64,000 nucleotides of DNA from the human T2T-CHM13v2.0 reference genome, Homo sapiens. The stretch is taken from NCBI RefSeq assembly GCF_009914755.1, contig NC_060926.1. One strand, given 5' to 3'. The position numbers were made by a program, and so were the translations under genes. The first letter of the stretch is position 1; each line of letters starts with the position of its first letter. Positions 14,395 through 27,684 of this stretch are shown here, piece after piece. The notes beneath the pieces were generated by a model. The model saw only the letters and a list, made by a program, of their open reading frames with translations, was not told the DNA's origin and did no database searches.

Positions 14395-14480
14395 TTTATT
14401 TATTTATTTATTTTTTGAAAGGAGTCTGGCTCTGTCGCTGGCTAGTTTTTTTCTTGCATTTTTAGTAGAGGGGGGTTTGA
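14395..14480 (-). mobile_element. Internally deleted, truncated Alu fragment
   Basis: ttttgaaaggagtctggctctgtcgc joins directly to tggctagttttt...tttagtagagggggg. Confidence 0.75.
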
Positions 14481-15067
14481 TATAATTGATATAATAGGAA
14501 TTGCAAATAGAGAAGCCCACACAAGCTAACCAAATTAATTCTAGTTTATTGGATAAATGGCATGATATGTATTCTAGTTCAAATTTGAAGGTGGGTATAA
14601 ATCTTTTCAGACACTGGAGATGAGACATTTCACCAAAATTGGGTGTGAGGAAGAGGAAAGAAATAGAATAGTATATAAAATAGTATATAGAGTAAAAATA
14701 TAGTAAAAGGAAAAATCAATCTGCATAATATGGTGTATGGCTAAATGGTTTTTAACATTTAGGCGAATCAGACATGGAAAAATCCTAAAAGGGAGATTAA
14801 TAGAGGAGATAATTGACTCAGTAAGAACTGTGAAGAAGCATCTCAGGAAGAGAAACTAGAAGTCTTTATATAGGTTTTGATTTAAAGAGGGAGAGAGAAT
14901 AGGAACATTGAAAAAGATGGACAGAAAGAAATAACAAATATTCAAGACTCCTTGCAAGAGTGAGGCAGAAAGTTTATAGATTGCTTGATTACACCCAGCA
15001 TATAATTATTTGAAGTTTTCTGTTGAGAGTGAGAGTATGTAATCCTTTTAACCAAATGTCTCCGCAG

Positions 15068-15298
15068 AACTATGTGTCATTAAGTAAGGTGATAATCAAT
15101 ATTCAATATCAAAAGATGCGTCTATTTCTCGATGAGGAGAAGCAACTGCATCTGCAGGCACTGGACAGAGAAGCAAAAGGGCTTTTCCAACAACTACAAG
15201 ACAGTCAAGTGAGAATGACCCAACATTTAGAAAGGATGAAAGACATGTACAGAGAGCTGTGGGAGACGTGCCACATGCCTGACGTGGAGCTGCTCCAG
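15068..15298 (+). pseudogene. Isolated TRIM64-type coiled-coil exon (gene fragment)
   Basis: ccgcag acceptor, 231 nt open (NYVSLSKVIINIQYQKMRLFLDEEKQLHLQALDREAKGLFQQLQDSQVRMTQHLERMKDMYRELWETCHMPDVELLQ), gtgagg donor. Same length and PDVELLQ end as TRIM43 exon 4. Sequence recalled as TRIM64-like; no other TRIM64 exons seen. Confidence 0.85.
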
Positions 15299-15634
15299 GT
15301 GAGGAGGGAGGGTCCATCCCCAAAGAAAGGAAGCCTTTGCTGGACAATGCTGCCAGGACATGCGAATGTCACCTGCATATGTCACTGCTCTCAGCTTAGT
15401 GACACATGCTGTCTGACTCCCACATTACATTTGTCCAGTTTTTCAGAAAAAAGCTACAAAAGAAGCTTATTAGAGGGGAATATTCCCTGTGGTCAGTGTT
15501 TGATAAAGGGGAATATAAAATTACATCCACTCAAAGATTCCAAAAAAGCTTGCTTGTTCATGGTTAGGATAAGAATTACATTTCACCTATGTTATTTCTA
15601 TTTGGAAAAGTTCCTCCCTCTTAGAAGCAGGAGA

Positions 15635-15645
15635 TACATATATGA

Positions 15646-15687
<42 letters not shown>

Positions 15688-15745
15688 TACATATATATGT
15701 ATACACACATACATATATATACACCCCCCCACACACACATATCTA
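15635..15745. repeat. (TA)n/(CA)n low-complexity microsatellite
   Basis: Long tatatata run followed by cacaca. Confidence 0.9.
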
Positions 15746-15774
15746 TGGTGTTGAATAAATAATATCACCTAAGC

Positions 15775-15996
15775 CAGGGGTGTGCAATCTTTTGGCTTCC
15801 CTGGGCCTCATTAGAAAAAGCATTGTCTTGGGCCACACATGAAATACACTAAGATTAACTATAGCTGGTGAGCTTTAATAAAATGACAAACAAAAATCTC
15901 ATCATGTTTCAAGAAAGGTTAGGAATTTGTGTTGGGCCACATTCAAAGCCGTCCTTGGCCGTATGTGGCCCACGGACCGTGGGTTGGGCAAGCTTG
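15775..15996 (+). mobile_element. MER30 hAT-Charlie DNA transposon
   Basis: caggggtgtgcaatcttttggcttccctgggcc...gggttgggcaagcttg matches the recalled MER30 consensus over ~220 bp. Confidence 0.85.
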
Positions 15997-16055
15997 TTGT
16001 AAGGTATGAACTTCAAATACTACAAAAATTTTTAAGGCATATTATTGGTTCTTTC

Positions 16056-19000
16056 CTGGAGCAGCTCCACATCTAGTTTATGGCACATTTTTATCAGCTC
16101 CTTATAGATTTTTCTTAGGTGTTTTTTTTTTTTTTCTGAACCATTTTGTCTTTTTGCTTTTCTTAAGTTGCTGTAAAATCTTTCTGTCATCATCTGTAAG
16201 TTTCTCTAAATGTTGTTTTACTTCTCATGGGGAACTGAATGCAGCTTCCTCTACTCAGCTCTAGTCATCTCTGCCCGTAGCTACACATAGCACTGCGGGG
16301 ACCTGGATTTCCTAGATGACATATTTACTCTGAATTCATCCTCCTCCACTTATACCTCTTCTATTCACTTTGACTCATTTTCTTTTCTTTATCTCTTTCA
16401 TCCTTTCTTTATAATAAAGATCAGGGTCTCACTATGTTGATGGCCAGGCTGGTTGGAAACTCCTGGTCTCAAGTGGTCTTCCCAAATTATTGGGATTACA
16501 GACATGAACCACCGAGCCTATCCTGACTCATGTATTCTACCAATAAGCTAAGTACATAAACTCGTGTCTTCCCACTTGACAGAACCATGAAATAAATCAT
16601 TCCTGTCTTCCTTTCATTTATTTGTATTGTTTCTTAATAATACTGACAGCCAAATTCATTCTTTCCTCAAACCACTTTCATTCATTATATGACTTCCTAA
16701 AACACCTGAAGAAAGGTTATTATTGATCGTTTCTTCAATATATATCCATTGATATCTGAAAGCCTACATGAGAGCCATTGGAATTTATGGTTGATTCACA
16801 AATAATTTTTTGCAGTATTATGATCTCTGTGTTTTTAAATTAGTTTTTAGTACCAGGTCTTCCTACTCCATAGCCTGACCACTCTCTCTGAGCAGTAATC
16901 AATGCTGCATTGTACCCTCAGGATTGGAAGCCATGAGAAAAATCTTCCTCAAATCCTACCAAGATGATTTCCATTCAAGTGATAAGTGGATACATTTCTA
17001 GCATGTCTGTCTGAGGCTAAATCTGAGGGAAAAGGCCTAATACTTACAATCCACTGGTTGGTTTTCCTGCTTTCCTCATTTAAATTTCTTTGGTTTTCTT
17101 GAATTTTTGCCCACAAACGTCTCATTTGCTTCATAATCTTCTCCTGTAAAAGAACTATGAATGTGAACATCAGAGAAGCAAATCATTTTAGGTTTCAGAC
17201 CCTCAGTGATAAAGAAATCAAGGGATGAGATATGAGAGAGATTTGGGAAGATCTCGGACTGTAGAACCACAACGTGTAACGCAGCAAGTTTAATAGGAAA
17301 ATCATAGGCAGGGCTAATTTACAGATAATGTGGCACCTTGCATCAGAATTGGAATCTACTGACACCGTGCCTTGCTAATTCTAGCGTGTTTTATTCTATT
17401 ATTTCCAGTGTTGGTAAATAGGTTTCTTATAGAAAAGACTTTTTAACTTGTAGTTTGGATAGCCAGAAACTCTTCTGATATTGAGCTCTTTACAGTGCCT
17501 TGAACACTGCATCAAGTAGTCAAATTATTACAATGATTATTAACTTCATCACTCCCTCAGTGAAATGTAAGCTCCAGGAGGGAAAGTACACTCAGATTAT
17601 ATTTATTATTTTATCATTGATACCTAGGCACTACATGACATCCAGTACAGAACAGATTACTCGTCATGCTCTTCATCTTCCCCTAATCTCTTTACCTGTG
17701 CCATCCTCCAGCTTTCAAAGTGCTCTCAGAGCCATCACTTACCCAGTGTTCCTTAGCTGCCCCTCACAGTGTGTGTGAGCCCCATGCTCCTGAGAGTTCC
17801 AGCACAGCAAATGAATCAGGCTGTTTTTCCACCTCTCCAAATATCTTCTTTGTCTCCCCATGGGTTCCATACATTTGCTCATTAGGACTCAGGAATTGCC
17901 AGAGACTGGCTTTTCTGGCAATGGACACTAGATTCTTCAGAAGAATATTGGTTTTGAAGTCCTCCTGCTGTGACAGTTCCCAGCATGTGGGCAGCAGGTA
18001 GGAATTTTGGTTTCTTCCTAGGAAAGGCAGAGACAGGGCCTACAGAAGCTGGGGCTGCAGCCTGTGGCGATGGGGTCTACACATTAGTTCAGACAGAAGA
18101 GGCAGATGGGTTCTTTCCGGAAGGCTTGTGTGATGTCTCAGACCACTTTCCTGAAGGAAGGAAATTAGGAAAGGTATGATACAAACTTCTTCATCTTATG
18201 CCCTGAGAAACAAAGACCAAAGCAAAATTTGACTCAGGTTGTGACTCAATGATAAACTTCTGTCTAGAGTAGAATAGGCGTTATTTTGCATAAGACAAAA
18301 ATAGAACCTGAGGCACAAAGAGAGCTCTCAGATCTGTAGGTAAAATTGTCAGATGCATGCATAACTCACAGGGCACTACATCCTACCCTTTTCTTTTGCA
18401 TAGAAAAATGAACCTCAGAGAGGCCAGATATAGTGGCTCACACCTGTAATCCCAGCACTTTGGGATGCCAAGGCTGGTAGATCAGGTTGGAGACCAGCCC
18501 AGCCAATATGGGGAAACCCCATCTCTACTAAAAATACAAAAACCAGCCAGGAGTAGTGGCACATGCCTGTAATCCCAGTCACTCAGGGGACTGGGCAGAA
18601 GAATCGCTTGAACCCTGAGGTTGCAGTCAACTGAGATTGAGCCACTGCTCTTCAGCCTGGGCAATAAAACAATACCTGTCACAAAAAGAGAGGAAAAGAA
18701 GGAAGGAAGGAAGGAGAAAAGAAAAGAAAGAAAAGAAGAAAAGAAACCTCAATTTTGTTGAGTTTTGACTTTACTCCAAAAAGCTTGAGGTTTAAGAGTA
18801 TGAAATTAGGACCAATTTATACCATTAGACGATGGGTCCTGAATACTCTGAAAACCATTCTTAATGCTTATTGTGATTGGTTTAGGAAAGATCGATTTAG
18901 TACAAAAGAAAAAAAAGTGATTGGTTTAGGAAACTGTATTTCACTGAGATTTTACTCTCATTATTTCATTTTGATGTCATAATTTTCTCCTTTAAAGTAC

Positions 19001-19765
19001 TTAGAAAAATCTCAATCACAAGCCACCACTGCAAAATAATTTCTAAATAAATAAGCAATATTTATTTACTGAACATTTGTTGAAATTTCATCAGATCAGG
19101 TTTCACCCAAAATTTGATCAGATTTCACCCAAAAATGCTAAAGAGGCATTTGGTATACTCTAAAACACAATATTACCCTCAAATTATTCAACATATTACC
19201 TAAGTTGTATATTATAGAATATTTTGTCTTGTGCATATATTTATGTGCCACCTTTAGAATTGAAGGTAATACATTTATACACAACATATGGAATAAAATA
19301 TTCTCAATAAAATTTAAGATATACAACAAGTATAAAATTGCAAGATATCTGAAAACTATTTTCTGAGTTCTTAGAATACATAGGAACAACTAATGAATAC
19401 ATAAATGATACAAGTAAAATTAATCTTCACTGTAGTTCACAAGTATGTAGGAAGACAGGATAACAAAATAAGAGTAAAAACATTTTTACTAATTAAGCAA
19501 ATGACATCATTTCATAGAAACAAGCTCAGTTTGTTGAAAAATTCAACGTAGGGCAGTCTGTTTTGGACTGGAAAACTAGCAGGAACTCCTCCTCCGTTAG
19601 CTGTGTTCTCACCCTAGAAATATACTTATAGTCTCACTGATACTTGCTGTAGAAGTAATAATATAAAGTCTGATCAGGGATCAGGGCCTCGCCATATAGT
19701 GGCAGTAGCTTTCAGACATCTTCACAGCCAGTTCCAAAGCCACTCTGTGTGTCCCAGAGAAGAAT
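16056..19765 (-). pseudogene. Old TRIM43/TRIM51-family pseudogene, exons 1-4 only
   Basis: Exon 1 ~19765-19613 (homologous to 14113-14270); RING/B-box exon 18150-17743 with ATG>GTG and in-frame TGA/TAA, sharing [11 protein letters not shown] and [11 protein letters not shown] with TRIM43; 96-nt exon 17143-17048 ([24 protein letters not shown]); coiled-coil exon 16292-16056 with stops and donor GT>GA; SPRY exons absent. Confidence 0.88.
18422..18745 (+). mobile_element. AluS element with GAAA/GGAA tail
   Basis: ggccagatatagtggctcacacctgtaatcccagcactttggga...gagccactgctcttcagcctgggc. Confidence 0.88.
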
Positions 19766-20279
19766 GAGCTTGGCTCCTTGTACCTCTTTATCTTGACTCT
19801 CTGAAAAATCACACTCATTTTGAAAAGGCTGTACATTTCTTGGAGTTTAGGATAGCCCTTAGGGTTCTTGATTAGATTTCACCACAAGAGAGGAAATGAT
19901 TGATTCAACACCTTGGCTAATCTCCATAAACACACTTTAAACTTCCTCTCATCAAGAACCTCTGAGTTTATAACAAATGAACCCTCAAATACCAAATTTG
20001 TGGATAATTTTTGGAGTATTTTAATATTTTACTCATCAAAAGATGGGAAAGAGGATACCATCAATTTATGATTTTAATAAATGTCTTCAAAAGTCTGGAA
20101 TTTTTTTCTCATTTTTCTTTTTTTTTCTTATGTTTTTGGAAATGTTTTGCCTGAAGTTGGCTTTAATTCTAATAGTCACTGAGCTAGACTGGAAATGCAC
20201 TTTGCTGTTGCTTTTAAGACTTGATCTCTGGTTTTAATGTATTAATGTATTACTGTCAATTCATATATTATATATATAT

Positions 20280-20435
<156 letters not shown>

Positions 20436-21329
20436 TAATAAAAGCATAAGAATTATCCTTATTATAAATTAAGAAATAGAATATCTTTAAGAAAATATTT
20501 TTAAGGAAATATAATATCTTTAAGGAAAAATGAAATCTCCAGTAGCTATAGACTGCTATGAAAACCACCGTTACAATAGCAATTTTGTGTATGTCTATAT
20601 AACACATACATATGTAAATACATTTAATATATACACGAATTTTTTCACATTTTCCAGTCATTGAAGAATAAAAATTATAATTTATATTAATAAAAAGTGA
20701 AATAAGTAAAATTTGCTGTTTAGTGAAAACTTTGCTTAGCAACTTAAATGAAGCTGCAGAAAATGTGACTTGGATAATAGATGTAAAAAAATGTCATGAG
20801 GGCTTCACAGATGGACAATTAGAGGTAAACTAGGGAGTAATAGTGACATATGGAGGATGGGAGTATCACGTATGTCCTTTATAAACAGCATCATGTGTGA
20901 TTGACTGTAGCACAAAGGGGAACTAAGTAGAGAAGATGAGGAGAGTACATATTCAAGGATATAATGTTTGATTTGATAGTTTTTTCAGAGTAAACAAATA
21001 CATTATTGAATTCAGGAAGCCAAACAATCCCCATTTTGGATGTGTAAAACATAAATTTACTTTGTTTTGAATGTGCAAAACAATATATTTTGGCTGATTT
21101 TTAGTATTTCTCTGTCTTTGGTGGCCGATTCATTATGATATTTTAAGTTTGAAACCACCACCAAAGATGAAGAATCTCTTAAAAGCAACCAAAATAAACT
21201 GTTTCATTGTGAGGGAACACTTAATAGAGTGACAACAGACTGCTCCACAATCATAAATCATAAATGTAAGTATAAGACAGTGGACTAATATTTGTAAAGT
21301 GTCAAAAAATGTAACTGCAACCTTGTAAA

Positions 21330-21552
21330 TGCAACCTTGACCTCCTGGGTTCAAACGATTCTCCTGCCTCAGCCTCCTAAGTAGCTGGGACTACAGGCAC
21401 CCACCACCAAGACCGGCTAATTTTTGAATTTTTAGTAGAGACGGGATTTCACCATGTTGGCCAGGCTGGTCTCAAACTCCTGGCCTCAAGTGATGCACCT
21501 GCCTCGGCCTCCCAAAGTGCTGGGATTACAGGCGTGAGCCACTGCTCCCAGC
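21330..21552 (-). mobile_element. Alu lacking its 3' end and tail
   Basis: tgcaaccttgacctcctgggttcaaacgattctcctgcctcagcc...gtgagccactgctcccagcc. Confidence 0.9.
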
Positions 21553-23069
21553 CACCAACAGCCTTTTAAAATCACAAGGCACAGCTTCCTTTACTGGAGC
21601 ATGCTGCTTAAACTCTTGATGAATCAAAATAAATCTTTCAAGATTTTCTATTTTTTTACATGGTCATGAAATTTATGTTGGTGTGTATTTTCAAAATCGC
21701 ACGTTTCCTTCATATTTGATCATTTCCTTAGTTCACAAGCATGGGCATAATGACTTTTTGTGGTTATGTAGCTATCACTACATTGTTCTCTGGGAACAGA
21801 GTTTGTAAACTACATTGCTGAAGCAAGCCTGATTTTTATCTCTGAAAAAAGAACCTCCCTTAGATTTTGGTTTTTTATTGGATCCTGATTTTTTAACATG
21901 TAAAAATCACCTGTATGTTTGCTACCTAATTTTGCCTAGATTTCCGAGTCTGTTAAATTTGCACTCATGAATATATAACAGAGGCATAAATATTTTAAAT
22001 TATGTTTCTCTTTATCACCCCTGTTCTAATGACTAGTATATAGGGAAATATTTCCTTATTGGGTTTGACTTTCAATCCTGTTTTTCTGTCTGTTTCACTC
22101 TTTCTTTTCTTTATTTAATCTCATATACCTCTACTTCATGAACTGAGACTGTTCTTCCAACTTTTATATTACTTCTTTGCTCATTGGCAGGGCCGGTTCT
22201 GGTTGCTATGGTCCCGCCCCTTAGTTGCTTTTTTAAACAAGTACATTTAGATTTTTATTTTCTCATGTATCAGCAGTGTTGATAGATTACCTTTTCACTC
22301 GTTACATCTGAGTGAAATGAGTATGAATAAATATGTTCGTTCCATTTTCATCCGGGTCCTGATATTTTTTCTTCATTCTATTGATTACGTAAAATATTTT
22401 GTAGAAATTTTCTTTGAAAATTGGCAGGGTATTTAATTTTGTTTTTTTCTCTCTAATCTTTTAAAAATCAAGCAATTACATTTGTTTATTTCAAATAATA
22501 ATACTCAACAATGATAATCTGTTAATTATAATGTCTTGATCATGACGCAGTTTCATCTATGGCTATTTGTTGTTTATTTATTCGAAACTCAGTCATTCAT
22601 TTGGTGATTAGTAGCAATGTGATAAGCTCCTGTGACTCTAACTCACAAAATGCAAGTTGGGGCAATAACTTATATCTCATTTGAGGTTATCCACAATCGC
22701 ACATTCCTATCTCCTAATGCAGTTTATTTCTTTTATATGTATGTATCAGTTAACATTTTGTCATTTATTTCTTTAAAGCTACAAAAATATGTTAATGCAA
22801 ACTAATTTATTAGTCTTTTCTTTCATGCTTAGTGCTTTGCATATTCTCTTTAAGAAATCTTTCCTACATGCATATTCATGAAATATCTTTTTACACTATT
22901 TTCTAAAAGCTTTTTTCTTTTGCCTTTCACATTTCAGTTTCTAATTTAGAGTTGATATTTGTATCAGTGTAGAAGTAAAATGAAGAGGTTAAGATTCATT
23001 TTGATGTAATATGGATATCTAATTGATCCAATATAATTCAGTTATTAGAATTTTTTTCTACTACATCAC

Positions 23070-23440
23070 TGCTATGGCCTGAATGTCTGCGTCACCTCCA
23101 AAGTTCCTGTTAAAACTGAATCTCAAGGCAACAATATTAGAAAGTAGACCCTTTGGGAGGTGATTAGGTCATGAGGGCTCAGCACTGGTGAATGAGATTC
23201 CTGCCTAATAAGGTGGCTTTACACAGACTTGCCACTTTTGCCTTTCCACCTCCAACATGTGACAACACAGCCACAAGGTGCAATCTTGGAAGCAGGAACA
23301 GTCCTCACCAGACACCGAGATTGCCAGCATCTTGACCTTGGAATTCACAGCCTTTATAACCATGAAAAAAATAAATTTATGTTGTTTGTTAATTATCCAA
23401 TCTAAAGTGTTATTTTTTGTACAAATGGTTTGAGACAATT
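23070..23440 (+). mobile_element. MaLR solo LTR (MST/MLT1A-like)
   Basis: tgctatggcctgaatgtctgcgtc...ctttgggaggtgattaggtcatgagggc...ccctcaccagacacc...aataaatt. Confidence 0.8.
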
Positions 23441-24609
23441 GCTGTAGCACTTTTATTGTAAATTGAGTGACTATATGTACATGCAGATCTGGTTTTAGTT
23501 TCTCTGACTCATTGCACAGGGTTATCTGTCTCAGCCTTCACCGATACCATACTGTTTTGATTCCTGTTGCTTAATATAAGCTTCAATATTGGGAAGTGTT
23601 AATCTTCCAATCTTGTTCTTATTATGTAAGATTACCATGGTTGTTTTTGTTTGTTTGTTTTCTGCCTCTTCGCATGTCCATCTAAGTTAGAAACAGCTTT
23701 TAAATTTCAACAAAATTCACAGGGATTTTGATTGTCACAGTATTCCATTAATTTGGAGAGAGTTATTATATTCACAATATTAAGTTTCCTAATACAAGAA
23801 CATGGTAAAACCTTTCGCTTATTGAGTCTCCTTGATTCTCTCTCAGTAACCTTTTGTACATTTGCACATACTCTTTATAACTTTTTATTTTACCATAATA
23901 TCAAACAGTGACAAGTTGGAAAAACACTGTAAGAAATATAAATTGGACCCAGATTCATCTACTGTCAATAGTTGACTTTCTACTTCCATATTCCTTCTGT
24001 AAGTTGGTATTCTGGGTACTATTAATGCACAGGAAACAAACTACCCACCAACTTAATAACACATGAAAACTGCAATCAACTGCCTATCATCTCTATGGTT
24101 CTGGATGTTTCCTGGGCTCCACAAGGTTCCTGCCAGGCTTTCCTAAGGATGCAGTCAGTGAGTGGCTAGGGTAGGCATCATCTCAAAGGTGGATGACATT
24201 AGACGTAAGGTTCTCAGCTGGAGTTGTTTGCCAATTCATGTGGCTGCTTGGTTTACTTGAAACTTCCAGAGGAGGAGCAGGCAGAAGTTATGCAGCCTCG
24301 ATGACCTCTTATAGCCTCAGAAGACAAACAGCATTGCTTCTACACAGTTGCATGCCTACCAAAATTCAACAGAAGGAAGCATAAGGCAGTAGGTTCAATG
24401 GGAGGAGAGTCAAGATTACCCTGTTAGAAAAAAATGTAGGATAGGAGATCTTGTCACAGCCTTGTTGGAGAATACAACAGGCATCAGTCCACCCTGTGAC
24501 CAAAGCAATTCACATTCCTCCCACATGCTAAACACTCTAATTCTTACCTGAACATGCCCAAGTATTATCCCATGATAGTGTTACCGCATCATCAAAATGA
24601 TGTCCTCGG

Positions 24610-26345
24610 GGAGTGATATCAGCAAAATGACTGACTAGGAGACACCAGCCTTCGCCTGCCTACCCCAAAAAATACAAACACAAAAACAAAAGCAAGACCA
24701 ACAATGGGACAGCTATCCAAGATGGAAAATAGCCCTTGGAGTGTTCAAGAGCCCAGTTAAGAATGTGCAGGAACACAATTAGAAAAAACGCCCAGAATAA
24801 CCATACAGAAAGCATCGCCAGAAGACGGCATGCCTGAGAGTCCTGAGACCTCTAAAATGAAAGAAGCAGGAGGCAATTGTTATCAGCCAGGAGGCAGGGT
24901 CACTGCACTCCCTATGGCCTGCTCTGTGGAGGACGCTGCAGCCTTTGCAGCTAATGACCTAAGTAAACCCCCAGGCAGCCCCGACCCTACAACATTCCCA
25001 GTGGATGCCCATTAGGATTCATTGTTGAGGATTACAGCAGCCTGCTCCAGAGGACACTGGTGCTTTTGGCATTAAGGTAACCTGCAGCTATAATCATATC
25101 ACCCCAGAGAGGAAGATGCTGTGAAACCCTCCTCCCACACTCTCTCAAGAAGCAACCCCTCCTGTGCTGCCTAGGATGGGGCTTCATTGCCCTAAACCCA
25201 GGCTCCAGGGCCTCATCCACGGCTGGCAACTCAGACACCGAGCCACCTCCATGTGGACCAGCCCAGGCCCATGCCCAGATTTGCTGACACTCCCAACTTC
25301 ACTGTCACTCCAAGTGCACCAGCAGCCTGCCCTGTGGCTGCTGTGGAAATTGCCTAAGACATAAAACAATATACAGCCACACAGTGGAGTGAAATGCAGA
25401 GAAAAACCACACAGAAATGATCACTGGGAGATGGCATACTTGAGAGTGCTGAGAAATAATGGCAAATACATCAAGAGTAATAAAAGATGTTGGTCTATAA
25501 GATCAAGACAAAAATCACTGAAAAAATAATGAAACTTATTCAGGATAAATGCCATGCATTATCCTAAATGCTGGTGTAACCATTCAGGATAAACTACAAC
25601 TATACATATTATATAACTATACATATTTTATAATTATTATATTATATAACAGATAGTGTAACCACTCAGGATAAACTACAACTATACATATTATAGTTAA
25701 AACGCTGAACCAGACAAAGAGAAAATCTCAATTGTATCAAGAAAAAATGGGCTCATTATACCAGAAAAACAATAATAGAATAATTGGCTAACTGTTCACA
25801 AGACTGATAGAGGCTAGAAGACAGCGGGATTACATATTTAAATGCTGGGTTCGGGGGACTCAGCAAAGGGTTCAATATCCAGTTAAAACATGTTTCAAAA
25901 ATAAAGGTAAAGTAAAAACATTTCTTTACTAAAAAATGAAGAGAAATGATTACTTGCAGAGATATGTTCTATAAAACATTCAAGAGGAAATTCTTCAAAA
26001 TCACAGGAAATCACAGCAGATCGTAGCTTGAACGCACAGCGAGAAAAGAAGACTTCAAAAATAATAAAGAAACAAGAAAGAAGCAAGAAACAGCCTAACA
26101 AAAGTGTTCACTTCTATTTATATGAGATTGTAGCACAGGGAAAACCAAATTATTATAATGAATATCTGAATACCAGTTACCTTGATTGGGATGGGGGAGC
26201 AGTTGATGCCTGGGAAGGTGCACAAGGGATGAATCTGGAGAATTTGAAATATTCTAGAGATTCATCTGGATGGCGAACATACGTAAAACTTAGTTGCATA
26301 TTTAACATTTCCATCCTTTGTGAGTGTTTTATATCAATTAAAAAA
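24610..26345 (+). mobile_element. Old L1M fragments (5' UTR/ORF1 and 3' end remnants)
   Basis: gtgatatcagcaaaatgactgactagg start; ORF1-like gaggctagaagacag...atatccagttaaaaca; 3' tatatcaattaaaaaa. Confidence 0.55.
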
Positions 26346-26640
26346 CGTAAGAAGCCAATCCTGCATGCTTAATCCAATATGTATTAAAAAATAAGAATCA
26401 TCATATGTTTACGGAATCTTAACCTTGCTAAGGAGAAGTGAGAAATGCACCTGGGAAATTCTAAGAAACAAGAAATCTAAGAGAGAAGACAAAGAGAAAA
26501 GGGAATTTATCCTACTCATGCAGCACAGATTTTATCTCTATTGGTTTCTCTCTAAACAGAGACAATCTTTAAGTCATTTTGCCCTCAAGAGAGGCTCCCA
26601 GCATCCCCTTGGCTCTTTCCACCCCACTGCACCCATCAGG

Positions 26641-26650
26641 GGATTTGCAT
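26641..26650 (+). promoter_or_regulatory. Ig V-kappa promoter octamer (ATTTGCAT)
   Basis: ggATTTGCAT about 100 nt upstream of the leader ATG at 26750. Confidence 0.9.
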
Positions 26651-26749
26651 ATTGTCCCCTAGGGAGGACCTTCCATTGTGAGTCTGAGATAAAAGCTCAG
26701 CTCTAACCTTGCCTTGACTGATCAGGACTCCTCAGTGCACCTTCTCGCA

Positions 26750-27490
26750 ATGAGGCTCCCTGCTCAGCTCCTGGGGCTGCTAATGCTCTGGGTCCCTGGT
26801 AAGGACAGCAGGGAGATGAGGGAGGAGAATGGGGTGGGAGGGTGAGCTCTGGGGGCCCAATGCCTCCCATGTGTGTTCAGTCCACGTGTTAGATGTGCAG
26901 GTCTTGTTCTGCAGCATGAGGCATATGATGTACTGATCTCTGAGAGGGAGGAAGATTTTAGAAGGAAGGATATGTGCCCTGAAGAAACGCAAGTCTTAGA
27001 AAGAGGATGATGGTATGGGAGACCACTTTGTGCCTTGCATCTGTTGAGTTCTTTTTGAAATTGGATATTCTTGAAATTGCAAAGAAATTATACAGGCTGA
27101 AATAATAAATGGAAAATTATGAGCATAACGCATAATATTTGTACATAACTTTGCCCTTTTCTGTCATCATTCCAGGATCTAGTGGGGACATTCTGTTGAC
27201 CCAGACTCCACTGTCCCTGTCCATCACCCCCGGAGAGCCGGCCTCCATCTCCTGCAGGTCTAGTCGGAGCCTCCTGCATAGTAATGGAAACACCTATTTA
27301 CATTGATAGCTGCAGAAGCTAGGCCAGCCTCCACAGTGTCTAATCTACACGGTTTCCAACCGGTTTTCTGGGGTCCCAGACAGGTTCAGTGGCAGTGGGT
27401 CAGGCATTGATTTCACACTGAAAATCAGCCCGGTGGAGGCTGAGGATGTTGGGGTTTATATTACTGCATGCAAGCTACACACTGGCCCCC
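26750..27490 (+). pseudogene. IGKV2OR2-1: IGKV2-family orphon pseudogene (probably IGKV2OR2-1)
   Basis: Leader 26750-26798 MRLPAQLLGLLMLWVP followed by gt; V exon from 27176 [39 protein letters not shown], then TGA TAG (27304-27309) at the conserved Trp; +2 frameshift before YYC. Symbol inferred from locus order; W-region orphons exist as several near-identical copies. Confidence 0.9.
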
Positions 27491-27518
27491 CACAGTGCTA
27501 CATCCTGGAACAGAAACC
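27491..27518 (+). other. 12-RSS (recombination signal sequence)
   Basis: CACAGTG, 12-nt spacer ctacatcctgga, ACAGAAACC. Confidence 0.93.
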
Positions 27519-27684
27519 TCTCTGCTGGGATTGCCCAGCTGCCCACATGTGCTGCTTGTCTGGGGAGCAGCTCAGCAGGGTTTCTGAGTCTGCAAAAGGG
27601 GAGGCTGTTGGAGAACTCAGGGGCAGGTTTGCTGTTGAGGACTCTGGGCCATGAATCCTCAGCTGTACCTCAAGCACTACCTGT

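Noticed and set aside
15023-15754. 243-aa ORF, the longest in the window
   Set aside because: Only 15068-15298 is a real TRIM64-type exon; the rest is intron read-through into a (TA)n microsatellite.
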